NCBI GenBank assembly: GCA_934097015.1
Contig: CAKONF010000004.1
Span: 1 to 48,694 of the forward strand
Direction of reading: 5' to 3'
DNA: 48,694 nt
Source of the DNA: an uncultured Bacilli bacterium
GTDB taxonomy: Bacteria; Bacillota_I; Bacilli_A; RF39; UBA660
Shown one piece after another: positions 35,174 to 43,932 of the stretch; the first letter of the stretch is position 1; each line of letters begins with the position of its first letter. The translations under genes were made by a program, and so were the position numbers. The notes below the pieces were generated by a model. It saw nothing but the letters and a program-made list of their open reading frames with translations. It was not told where the DNA came from and did no database searches.

Positions 35174-36493
35174 ATGAAAAAGAAGATAATATTATTAATA
35201 TTTTTATTTATTCCATTTATTAAAGTAAATGCATTAAATTGTTATAAGAACGAAATAGATATAACAAAAGTAGATAATTTTCCATGTTATAATGTAGGAA
35301 GTGATAAATTAACATTTTCTTATAATGATGAAGATTATTCAAAATATTTTAATTATTCAATTGATAGTGGAGAAAATGGTAAAGAAGCAACAATTACATT
35401 AGATAAAAATTTATCATTTGATTCTGCTTTCGAAAAAGGATTTATAATTATATCAGATGGAACAGATAAAGCAACTATAACAGTTAAAAATAAGGCATAT
35501 GTTAAAACTACGAAACAAGAAGAAACAACAACTACTACTAAAGACGTAACAAAAAAAGAAATAACTGTAATATTAGATGATGGAAATAATAAAAAAGAAG
35601 AAAAATGTACAATATCATCAGGACAAACATATTGTAATATAACGCTTCCAAAACTTGATGTTGAAGGCTTTACTGGATGGGGTACAGCTAGTACATGTAA
35701 AGAAGGAAGTATTGGCTCTACAAAAGTAGAAAAGAATATTACATATTATGCATGTAATGAAAAAAATAGTAATACTGAAACATCAAACACAATATATTTA
35801 AAAACATTAAAATTAACTAACAAAGATACAAATGAAGAAATAAAAATAGGAACATTTAGTATAAAAAAAACAGAATATGAAATAAAAGTATTAAATGATG
35901 TAGAAAACATAAATGTAGAAGCAACTAGTGATGAAAACGTAAAAATTGATATTACAGGAAATGAAAACTTAAAAGTTGGAGAAAATGCAATAATAATCAA
36001 ATTAACAAATGATTCTAATGAAACAAATGAATATAAGATTAAAGTTAATAGATTAAATGTTGGAGAAACTATATCTAATATACATTACTTAAAAAGTTTA
36101 GTAATAGGTGGAGAATATAATATAAATTTCAATAAAAATACATTTAATTATACAATAACTATCCCTAATGAAATTACTAAATTAGAAATTACACCAGTTG
36201 TAGAAAATACTTCTGATAGATATGAAATACTAAATAATACTAATTTAGTAAACGGATCTATTATTAAAATAAATGTTATAGGAGATAACAATGAAACTAC
36301 TACTTATAACATAAATATAGTAAAAGAAAAACAAATTAATTATTTAATATATATAGGTTTAGGTGCTGTTTTACTATTAATAATAATACTAATAATATTA
36401 ATAATAATAAAATCTAATAAAAAGAAAAAGAATAATATATCTCCAAAAACATTAAATAATAATAGAAATGATATAGAAGTATTAAATATCTAA
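35174..36493 (+). CDS. Cell-surface protein with cadherin-like beta-sandwich repeats and a C-terminal TM anchor
   Basis: Signal peptide (LLIFLFIPFIKVNA). Two 'YLK(T/S)L...EY.IKV...I.V.A' modules typical of the cadherin-like beta-sandwich domain. C-terminal TM helix followed by KKKKNN. Confidence 0.7.
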   Translation: MKKKIILLIFLFIPFIKVNALNCYKNEIDITKVDNFPCYNVGSDKLTFSYNDEDYSKYFNYSIDSGENGKEATITLDKNLSFDSAFEKGFIIISDGTDKATITVKNKAYVKTTKQEETTTTTKDVTKKEITVILDDGNNKKEEKCTISSGQTYCNITLPKLDVEGFTGWGTASTCKEGSIGSTKVEKNITYYACNEKNSNTETSNTIYLKTLKLTNKDTNEEIKIGTFSIKKTEYEIKVLNDVENINVEATSDENVKIDITGNENLKVGENAIIIKLTNDSNETNEYKIKVNRLNVGETISNIHYLKSLVIGGEYNINFNKNTFNYTITIPNEITKLEITPVVENTSDRYEILNNTNLVNGSIIKINVIGDNNETTTYNINIVKEKQINYLIYIGLGAVLLLIIILIILIIIKSNKKKKNNISPKTLNNNRNDIEVLNI

Positions 36494-36502
36494 TTTTGTT
36501 TA

Positions 36503-36531
36503 TTGATTACTTTAATATATTTTGATATAAT
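36503..36531 (+). promoter_or_regulatory. Near-consensus sigmaA promoter of the four-gene McrB-like operon
   Basis: TTGATT(36503-36508)-17 nt-TATAAT(36526-36531) with a TG extension. Confidence 0.5.
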
Positions 36532-36558
36532 CATTTTAGAATAGAAAAGAGGTTTAAG

Positions 36559-37686
36559 ATGAAAGATATAATTGATGAGTATATAGATATATCAAAAAAA
36601 CATCTTAATACTATACTTATAAATTTAGAATCTAATATAGAATTTTTAGATAATAATTTATGGAAAGATAGTAATGAGTTTAAAAACTTAGTAGCTGATA
36701 TAGTTAATATATATTATGACAAATATTATTTATATAATAGTAATGATTTTAAAATAATAGATAAATATATAAAATTTAATAATAAAATCAATAGAAAATT
36801 AAAAACAATTATATTATCTATAATAGAATATTTTGAAAAAAATCAAATAGAAAATAAAATAGAAAAAGATGAAGAATCAATTCTTTACTTAACAATATTA
36901 ATATATTTGAGTTTAATATTATATGAAAAAGACTATAACTTAATTGATACACCAAAAAAGATAGAAAAAGAAATAAATAATGTTATAGATAACTTTAGAG
37001 ATATAAGATTTAAAAGAGAAAAAAATCTATTTGATTTAATAAATAATATAAAAGACATAATAATATCAAATAATAATTTTAATAAGTTAATAAACAAATT
37101 AAATACTAAAGATAGTCATAACTATTTTATAAAAATAAATAATAAATTAAATCTTTATAAAGTAATATATGAATATGATATAAAAGAACTTAATGATTAT
37201 AATGAATTAGATATTAATATAGTAAATAATAAAATAAATATTACAAATATTTTAAATGGAATATCTTATGATTTAGCATATTTTACAGCATTTAAAATGT
37301 TAAAAAATGGAATCAATAATATATTATTATTTAAAATAAGCAAAGAAGAAATATTAAATGATAAAATTTTAGATTACATGACAAAAAGAAATAAAAAAAT
37401 AAATGATAATATAAAATTTTTAATAGATTATGAAGATATAAAAAATAATTACGAATTAGTAAATAAAATAAAAGATAAAGGTATTGATATTTACATAGAA
37501 ATAAATAAAGTGATAGAAACAGATAACTATAATATGTTTATGGATATAAATAATGTTATAGTACCAGAAGAATTTCTTAGTTTAAATGAAAAATATGTAG
37601 AGATATGGAAAGACATGAATATGAATTTCATAATAAAAGATTTAAAAGATAAAGTAGAAGAAAAAAATCTATTAATTAGAAAGTGA
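36559..37686 (+). CDS. Hypothetical cytoplasmic protein, first gene of the McrB-like operon
   Basis: RBS AAGAGG. 375 aa, N/K/I-rich, no TM helix and no motif I recognise. Stop overlaps the next gene. Confidence 0.65.
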   Translation: MKDIIDEYIDISKKHLNTILINLESNIEFLDNNLWKDSNEFKNLVADIVNIYYDKYYLYNSNDFKIIDKYIKFNNKINRKLKTIILSIIEYFEKNQIENKIEKDEESILYLTILIYLSLILYEKDYNLIDTPKKIEKEINNVIDNFRDIRFKREKNLFDLINNIKDIIISNNNFNKLINKLNTKDSHNYFIKINNKLNLYKVIYEYDIKELNDYNELDINIVNNKINITNILNGISYDLAYFTAFKMLKNGINNILLFKISKEEILNDKILDYMTKRNKKINDNIKFLIDYEDIKNNYELVNKIKDKGIDIYIEINKVIETDNYNMFMDINNVIVPEEFLSLNEKYVEIWKDMNMNFIIKDLKDKVEEKNLLIRK

Positions 37687-37694
37687 GTGTTAGT

Positions 37695-39191
37695 ATGAAT
37701 AATTATGGTAAATTTTTTGTTGATTTTTTAACTCCTTTTTTTGAAGGACTAGTATCTATTTTTAAATCTCTATTTAAAGGAATATTTGAAATGTTAAATA
37801 TTGTTAAATATGGAGAGATAATTGAAAAATATAAAGGAACAGTAAATACTGTATTCGTCATAATATCTATTATATGTTTAATATTATTATTAGGATTATT
37901 TGCATATTTAGTATATTATATAATAAAGAAAATAATGAAAGTTGTTAGAAAAAGTCACGAACAAGATTCATTACTTGAAGAAGTTGAAAAACTTAATTAT
38001 GATATGATTAAACTAAAACAAGAAAATGATAAATTAACTACAATGGCAGAAAATGCTGGTGGTGAATTAGATGAAAATGGAAATCCTATCACAAAAATTG
38101 GTAAGGGTGAAAGTAGATTCTATAAATTAAGTAAATTAGATGCAGAATGGGCTAATTACAAACCAGAAAAACCATTTGAAAACAATTTAACATTAGAACA
38201 AATATGTGATAGATTCAGAAATTATTCAGCAAGTGTTTTAGGATTATACTATACACCAGATTTAATTAGATTATTTATATCAGCTTTTGGAGCAAGTAGA
38301 CTATTAATATTACAAGGTATATCTGGTACAGGTAAAACTTCTCTTGCATATGCATTTGGACATTTTTTAGGAAATGACTCTGTTATTGCACCAGTACAAC
38401 CATCTTGGAGAGATAGAACAGAATTATTTGGATATTTCAATGAATTTACAAAAAGATTTAATGAAACAGAATTATTAAGTAAAATGTACGAAGCTACATA
38501 TAATGATAAAATATATGTTACAATACTAGATGAAATGAATATAGCACGTGTAGAATATTACTTTGCAGAAATGTTATCAATTATGGAAATGCCATCAAAA
38601 AAAGAATGGGTTGTTAACTTAGTTGCAACACCATGGGAAAGTGATCCTAAAAAAATAGTTAATGGTAATTTTACATTACCAGGAAATATGTGGTATATAG
38701 GAACAATTAATAACGATGACTCAACATTTATGGTTACAGATAAAGTTTACGATAGAGCAATGCCTATTGATATAAATGAAAAATGTGCTAAATTTGATGC
38801 ACCTAAAACTGATGGTATAAATATTAGTGATGAATATTTTGAAAAATTATTTGATGAAGCGCTAGAAAAATATCCAGTTAGTAGTGAAATGTTAAAGAAA
38901 TTAGATGAATTAGACCAATATATAATAGAACACTTTAGAATATCATTTGGTAATCGTATTATGAGACAAATAAATGATTTTGTTCCAGCATATGTTGCTT
39001 GTGGAGGAAAAGAAGTTGATGCAATAGATTACCTAATAGCAAGTAAAATATTAAGAAAATTTGAACAATTAAATTTAGCATTCATAAAAAATGAATTAGA
39101 TGAATTTATCAATTACTTAAATGTACATTTTGGAAAAGAAAACATGAATAAATGTAAAGATTTCATATTAAGATTAAAAAAATCTATGTAG
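37695..39191 (+). CDS. Membrane-anchored, coiled-coil McrB-family AAA+ GTPase
   Basis: TM helix VFVIISIICLILLLGLFAYLVYYII followed by KK. Coiled coil (LLEEVEKLNYDMIKLKQENDKL). Walker A LQGISGTGKTS. Walker B ILDEMNIARVEYYFAEMLS. McrB-type GTINNDDST...DKVYDRA (NxxD). An alternative GTG start lies at 37683. Confidence 0.8.
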   Translation: MNNYGKFFVDFLTPFFEGLVSIFKSLFKGIFEMLNIVKYGEIIEKYKGTVNTVFVIISIICLILLLGLFAYLVYYIIKKIMKVVRKSHEQDSLLEEVEKLNYDMIKLKQENDKLTTMAENAGGELDENGNPITKIGKGESRFYKLSKLDAEWANYKPEKPFENNLTLEQICDRFRNYSASVLGLYYTPDLIRLFISAFGASRLLILQGISGTGKTSLAYAFGHFLGNDSVIAPVQPSWRDRTELFGYFNEFTKRFNETELLSKMYEATYNDKIYVTILDEMNIARVEYYFAEMLSIMEMPSKKEWVVNLVATPWESDPKKIVNGNFTLPGNMWYIGTINNDDSTFMVTDKVYDRAMPIDINEKCAKFDAPKTDGINISDEYFEKLFDEALEKYPVSSEMLKKLDELDQYIIEHFRISFGNRIMRQINDFVPAYVACGGKEVDAIDYLIASKILRKFEQLNLAFIKNELDEFINYLNVHFGKENMNKCKDFILRLKKSM

Positions 39192-39198
39192 GTGAGTT

Positions 39199-40290
39199 AT
39201 GTTAAAGAATATAACAGATGTAATGAATAATATTAATGTTAGTGATCTAGATAATTTTATATCAAATACAAATGCAAATTTTATGTGTATATCAGATATA
39301 AAAGAAACAAAAATAGATTACAATTGGTTAAATGTATTAGAAGATACATTACCAAATCTAGACAAAATAGTTAGAAATCCAAGAAGATTTATAGTTCAAG
39401 AAGAAGATGTTGTTATAGTTGAAAAAACAAAAAGAGTTTCACAAGAAACAATAAAACATTTAGCACAACATTGTGAAAATATACAAGATATAGATGAAAA
39501 TGGAGATGTAGTTCCAAAAAAATTACTAAACGTACATAAAGAAGATACAACAGATTTATATGAAAACAGATTTATATATACACTAGTATTAAGATTAGAG
39601 TCATTTATAAATAGACAATTAGAAAACTTAGAATTAGTTAGCAACAAAGAAGTAAAAAAAACTATAAGTTATAAAGCAGAAACTAACATAAAAAACAAAA
39701 AAATTAACATAGAACTTAAAATGAATGAAGAAGATAAAATAGATTTAAATGAATATGGTAGTGATTATAAAAATAGAATACTTGCTTGTTATGATGTAAT
39801 AAGTGGATTCAGAACTACAGAAATGATAAAAGAATTAGTAGGATGTAGCTTAGTAAAAAATCCCATAAGAAAAACAAATCTTATACTAAGACAACCTGAT
39901 TTCCAAAAAGCATTTGTATTATGGCAATACTTAGATAACTTTGAATATAAAGATCCTAAAGTAGTAAGCTTTGATAGAATTACAAATAATAGCAAAGAAA
40001 CTAAAGACGAATTTACACTAGGATATTTCATAGATAGCAATGCAGTTGATGAGAAACATGAAAACCTAATGAAATATAGAAATATAGATGCTAAATTAAA
40101 TAAATTATTAAATGACTATGTATATGAAGATGAACAAAATATAGAACAATTTTTAATAACTACAAAAAAATATTACGAACAAGCATTAACTGATAAACAA
40201 AATAGACAAAATAATATAATAAATATTTATAATCAATTTATAAAAAAACATAAAGATAATATTAATGAAATAAAAGAATTATTGAATTAA
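39199..40290 (+). CDS. McrC N-terminal/DUF2357-like partner protein without a recognisable nuclease domain
   Basis: 'DLYENRFIYTLVLRLESFI' matches the (T/D)xxENRF motif I associate with DUF2357/McrC-like proteins. 'LRQPDFQKAFVLWQYL' resembles their conserved '..Y..ly.lW..L'. I could not find a D...(D/E)xK motif in the C-terminal 100 aa. Confidence 0.55.
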   Translation: MLKNITDVMNNINVSDLDNFISNTNANFMCISDIKETKIDYNWLNVLEDTLPNLDKIVRNPRRFIVQEEDVVIVEKTKRVSQETIKHLAQHCENIQDIDENGDVVPKKLLNVHKEDTTDLYENRFIYTLVLRLESFINRQLENLELVSNKEVKKTISYKAETNIKNKKINIELKMNEEDKIDLNEYGSDYKNRILACYDVISGFRTTEMIKELVGCSLVKNPIRKTNLILRQPDFQKAFVLWQYLDNFEYKDPKVVSFDRITNNSKETKDEFTLGYFIDSNAVDEKHENLMKYRNIDAKLNKLLNDYVYEDEQNIEQFLITTKKYYEQALTDKQNRQNNIINIYNQFIKKHKDNINEIKELLN

Positions 40291-40308
40291 TGATAAGGAG
40301 AGTATATT

Positions 40309-41607
40309 ATGGCAAAAAAAGATAATAAAAAAAAGAAAATAAAAAGATTATCTAAATCGGATGTAAAGACAACAATAATAAAACTTGAAGATTTAGAAAA
40401 ATTAAGCGTTGAAGATCAAGAAAAATTATTTGAAGATACATTTGACAAAATATACTCTGGTGAAGAAATAGAATCATTAAGAAAATATTCCCTTAGATGT
40501 ATCAAATTAACTTGTGATCCTAAAGATAATAAAATACATTTACCATATGGAGTGCTAGTACAAAAAAAAGGTAATGAAATAATAATAAAAGTATATCAGA
40601 ATAGACATTGGTTTTTAATAATGTTATTCTTAACACTATTAGCACTTGCTATAGTAGGAGCAAGTTATTCTGCAGTAAATTATAAAATAATACAAAATTT
40701 AAATAAAGATATAGATGGTGATGGAATACCTGATATAAATTTAGATTTAAATAATGATAGAGTTGCTGAAGTAAATGTAGATACAAATAATGATGATAAA
40801 CCAGATGTTAATATAGATTATAAAGGAAATAGAAAAGCTACATTTAATATTGATACAGATAATGATGGAATACCAGATTTTAATTTAATGAATCAAGACA
40901 CAGATAATGATGGAGTTTGCGATATAAACTGTGATATAAATGGAGATGGATGGCCTGATATCAACCTAGATCTAGATGGAGATGGAAAAGTTGATATGGA
41001 AATAGATACGGATAAAGATAAAAGAGCAGATTTAAACTTCGACATGAATGGTGATGGAATATGTGATCTACACTGTGATACAACAGGCGATTTAAAATGT
41101 GATAAATATTGTTTAAAGAGTGAAGATTTAGAAAATGTAGATCCAAGCAATAGCGGAAGCAGTAAAAATGTAGGTAATAAAGATTACTCCGTAAAAGCAG
41201 GAGAATTAGTATTAGAATATGAAGATGATAACACAGTATTTATTGAAAATATATACCCTGACGATCAACCATATTATAATGGAAAAGTACCTCCAAAGAG
41301 ATTCAAAATAACAAATAAATCATCAATATTTATAAAATATAATTTAAAATGGATAATAACTGAAAATAACTATTTAACAGATAATTTTAAATATAGCATT
41401 ACAAGTACAAATAATGGAGTTAATTTTGATTTTAAAACAGCTCCTAAAGAAGATTCAGTTATAGCAACTAGTATAATAATTCCACCAAATACAACACAAG
41501 ACTATGAAATGAATTTCAAATTACAAGGAACTGGTGGAAAACAAAATGAAGATCAAAATAAAACATTTGCAGGACATGTAGAAGTATATTTAGATAATGA
41601 ATATTAA
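40309..41607 (+). CDS. Single-pass membrane protein: cytoplasmic N-domain, TM, thrombospondin-type-3-like Ca-binding repeats, Cys-rich segment, C-terminal TasA-like beta-sandwich
   Basis: TM helix WFLIMLFLTLLALAIVGASY. About 10 D-x-D-x-DG-x-x-D units (DIDGDGIPDINLD, DTDNDGIPDFN, DINGDGWPDINLD, DLDGDGKVDMEID...). C-terminus ELVLEYEDDN...KRFKITNKSS...QDYEMNFKLQGTGGKQNEDQNKTFAGHVEV aligns with the family N-domain. Confidence 0.8.
   Translation: MAKKDNKKKKIKRLSKSDVKTTIIKLEDLEKLSVEDQEKLFEDTFDKIYSGEEIESLRKYSLRCIKLTCDPKDNKIHLPYGVLVQKKGNEIIIKVYQNRHWFLIMLFLTLLALAIVGASYSAVNYKIIQNLNKDIDGDGIPDINLDLNNDRVAEVNVDTNNDDKPDVNIDYKGNRKATFNIDTDNDGIPDFNLMNQDTDNDGVCDINCDINGDGWPDINLDLDGDGKVDMEIDTDKDKRADLNFDMNGDGICDLHCDTTGDLKCDKYCLKSEDLENVDPSNSGSSKNVGNKDYSVKAGELVLEYEDDNTVFIENIYPDDQPYYNGKVPPKRFKITNKSSIFIKYNLKWIITENNYLTDNFKYSITSTNNGVNFDFKTAPKEDSVIATSIIIPPNTTQDYEMNFKLQGTGGKQNEDQNKTFAGHVEVYLDNEY
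40708..41106 (+). repeat. Coding tandem array of Asp-rich Ca-binding-type repeats
   Basis: Residues ~134-266 of the 40309 protein. Periodic GAT/GAC-rich ~33-39-nt units are visible in the DNA. Confidence 0.7.
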
Positions 41608-41617
41608 AATATAGTAT

Positions 41618-42403
41618 TTATCCCAATACTATATCTAATATCATCATTAAACTAAAACCTAAAATAGTTATAAAGGCCATAAGGTCTTTTTTTTCTGTAT
41701 TTTGACTTTCTGGAATTATTTCTTCTATAACAACATATAACATAGCACCAGCAGCAAATGCAAGTAAATATGGAAGAACAAATTTAACTTTTAAAACTAA
41801 TATAGCTCCAATTACAGCAGAAATGGGTTCAACAATTGCAGATAAACTTCCAATAATAAATGCCTTTTTTTTAGACATACCACTACCTAGTAATGGTAAA
41901 CTTATTGCGCTACCTTCAGGAAAGTTTTGAATACCAATTCCAATAGCAAGAGTTATAGCAGCACCAACTGTAGCACCATCTAAACCATAAATTACAGAAC
42001 CAAAAGCAACACCTACTGCCATACCCTCTGGAATATTATGGAGTACTATAGAAAATATTAATAAACTAATTCTTTTTTTATCCTCTTTTAGTTCCATTTT
42101 GCTAGAAAATATCTTATCACCAATAAAAAGAAGCAAAGTTCCACCAATAATACCAACCACAAGAACATTTATAGGAACAAGATTTAAATTGCTAGCCATT
42201 TCCATTGCTGGATTTATAAGAGAGAAAAATGATGCACTAATCATTACACCTGCAGAAAAACTCAAAAAAACATCTAATAAAGCCTTATTTGATTTTTTAA
42301 ATAAAAATACACTAGCAGATCCAAAAGTTGTAATTAAAAATGTAAATAAAGATGCAACTAAAGCTTGTAATGCAGGATTTAAATTATAAAAAAAATTTAA
42401 CAT
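41618..42403 (-). CDS. zupT: ZIP-family divalent metal transporter (ZupT-like)
   Basis: HNIPEGMAVGVAF and QNFPEGSAISLPL signature helices. 8 TM helices. Confidence 0.85.
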   Translation of the reverse strand: MLNFFYNLNPALQALVASLFTFLITTFGSASVFLFKKSNKALLDVFLSFSAGVMISASFFSLINPAMEMASNLNLVPINVLVVGIIGGTLLLFIGDKIFSSKMELKEDKKRISLLIFSIVLHNIPEGMAVGVAFGSVIYGLDGATVGAAITLAIGIGIQNFPEGSAISLPLLGSGMSKKKAFIIGSLSAIVEPISAVIGAILVLKVKFVLPYLLAFAAGAMLYVVIEEIIPESQNTEKKDLMAFITILGFSLMMILDIVLG

Positions 42404-42448
42404 ATAAATTCACCTAATATATTAAATGTTAAATTTAAAAATATGTTA

Positions 42449-42802
42449 TTATTTTATTTTATTATTTATACCTATCATAGAACCAAATACTGTACTAATA
42501 ACTAAAATAACATAATATATAAGAGTATTAATATTTAAAGAATATTTAAATATTAAACTTATTAACAATAAAATAATTATAGAAAAGATAGATAACAATA
42601 AACCATTTAAATATCCATTCTTTTCAGTCTTTTTACCTAGTACAAGTCCGATAACAAACATTAATATAGAACCAATAATTATTACAATTATTTTATTAGT
42701 TTGCAATTTAAATAAATTAAAAATAGTTAAAAATATTGGTATAATAATTATAGAAGATAAAAATATTAATAAAGATTTAATAAACTTTTTAAAAAAATTC
42801 AT
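42449..42802 (-). CDS. Small membrane protein (possibly TIGR04086/YrzE-like)
   Basis: Three or four TM helices. G-rich helix IIGSILMFVIGLVLGKKTEKNGYLNG. Confidence 0.5.
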   Translation of the reverse strand: MNFFKKFIKSLLIFLSSIIIIPIFLTIFNLFKLQTNKIIVIIIGSILMFVIGLVLGKKTEKNGYLNGLLLSIFSIIILLLISLIFKYSLNINTLIYYVILVISTVFGSMIGINNKIK

Positions 42803-42810
42803 ATTATCAC

Positions 42811-43194
42811 CTAATCAATAATATGAATTATATTATATTTTATTACTTCATTAGCAACTTTACTATAACATCTAAGTAATGGACCAACACCTAATTTAAC
42901 TCCACCAAAATATCTAACTATTACAATAAGATGATTTCTTAAATTATTTCTTTCTAAAACATTTAATATGGGAGTACCACAAGTACCACTAGGTTCTTTA
43001 TCATCTGATTTTTTAATATTATTATTTAATATATAAGCATAAGGATAATGTTTTGCTTTCTTGTGTTCTTTTTTTAAATTATCTAAAATTAAATCAACAT
43101 CATCTAAATTTTCTATATTATAAAAATAACCAATAAATTTACTTTTTTTTACTTCCAAACAATAATTATTTATAAGTTTCATGTTAATCACCAT
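42811..43194 (-). CDS. yigZ: YigZ/IMPACT-family (UPF0029) N-domain protein
   Basis: KSKFIGYFY, KAKHYPYAYIL, DDKEPSGTCGTPIL and VIVVRYFGGVKLGVGPLLRCY. Confidence 0.75.
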   Translation of the reverse strand: MVINMKLINNYCLEVKKSKFIGYFYNIENLDDVDLILDNLKKEHKKAKHYPYAYILNNNIKKSDDKEPSGTCGTPILNVLERNNLRNHLIVIVRYFGGVKLGVGPLLRCYSKVANEVIKYNIIHIID

Positions 43195-43214
43195 AAATAA
43201 TATATCACAAATAC

Positions 43215-43351
43215 TTGATAAAAGTAAAAGAATATATTAAAATATTCATGTAAGTGATGACAGATGTGGAAAATCTAGAGCTATGATATAAAGAGACCAA
43301 AGTAGGGTGGAACAGCGATTTAATTCGCCCCTATATGCTTTAGTCTTTTTT
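43215..43351 (+). promoter_or_regulatory. Promoter plus compact glycine-type T-box leader preceding the LOG-glyQS operon
   Basis: TTGATA-17 nt-TAAAAT (43215-43243). Candidate specifier GGA at 43268-43270. Degenerate T-box GGGTGGAACAGCG at 43305-43317 followed by TTCGCCCC. Terminator arms AGACCAAAGTA/TGCTTTAGTCT followed by T6 (43346-43351). Confidence 0.65.
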
Positions 43352-43385
43352 ATATATAATTAGAGTATAATTAAGAGGTGATTAA

Positions 43386-43931
43386 ATGAAAGTTTTTATA
43401 GCGAGTGCTTACAGTACAAAATTAGAAGAATATTTAAATCTTGCAAAAGATGTTTCAGAAGTTTTTGCAAGTAGAAATTTTGATTTGCTATTTGGAGCAG
43501 CAAATGAATCAATGATGGGAGCATGTTATAAAGCATTTGTAAAACATCAAAGAAAGATAATAGCATGCACCGTTCCTAAATATGAACGTGATTTCAAAAA
43601 ACTTCCAAAAGCAAAATGTATAAAAGTTAAAGATACACTTTTAAGATTTAAAAAATTATATTTTGGCAGTGATTATACCGTAATTTTACCTGGCGGAATA
43701 GGCACACTTGCAGAATTTACTTGTGCTTTGGAAGAGTATAGAGCTAGTTTAGGTAATAAAAAAATTATTTTAGTAAATTATAATGGATTTTATGATAAAA
43801 TAATTAAATGGATGAAAGAGAATATTGAAACAGGTTTTATTTCAGAAGATTTATTTAATCAATTTATAATAGTAAAAAAAGTAGAAGAAATAGAAAAAAT
43901 AATTGATGATGATTTAAAGGAGAAGAAGTAA
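43386..43931 (+). CDS. LOG-family (TIGR00730) nucleotide phosphoribohydrolase-like protein
   Basis: [11 protein letters not shown] (PGGxGTxxE motif). 181 aa. RBS AAGAGGTGA. Confidence 0.75.
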   Translation: MKVFIASAYSTKLEEYLNLAKDVSEVFASRNFDLLFGAANESMMGACYKAFVKHQRKIIACTVPKYERDFKKLPKAKCIKVKDTLLRFKKLYFGSDYTVILPGGIGTLAEFTCALEEYRASLGNKKIILVNYNGFYDKIIKWMKENIETGFISEDLFNQFIIVKKVEEIEKIIDDDLKEKK

Positions 43932-43932
43932 T

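Noticed and set aside
36559-37686. First gene of the McrB-like operon considered as a degenerate EAL-type or other signalling domain.
   Set aside because: None of the EAL signature motifs (EAL/ELTE, DDFGTG) could be found. The resemblance was limited to general alternating helix/strand-like composition.
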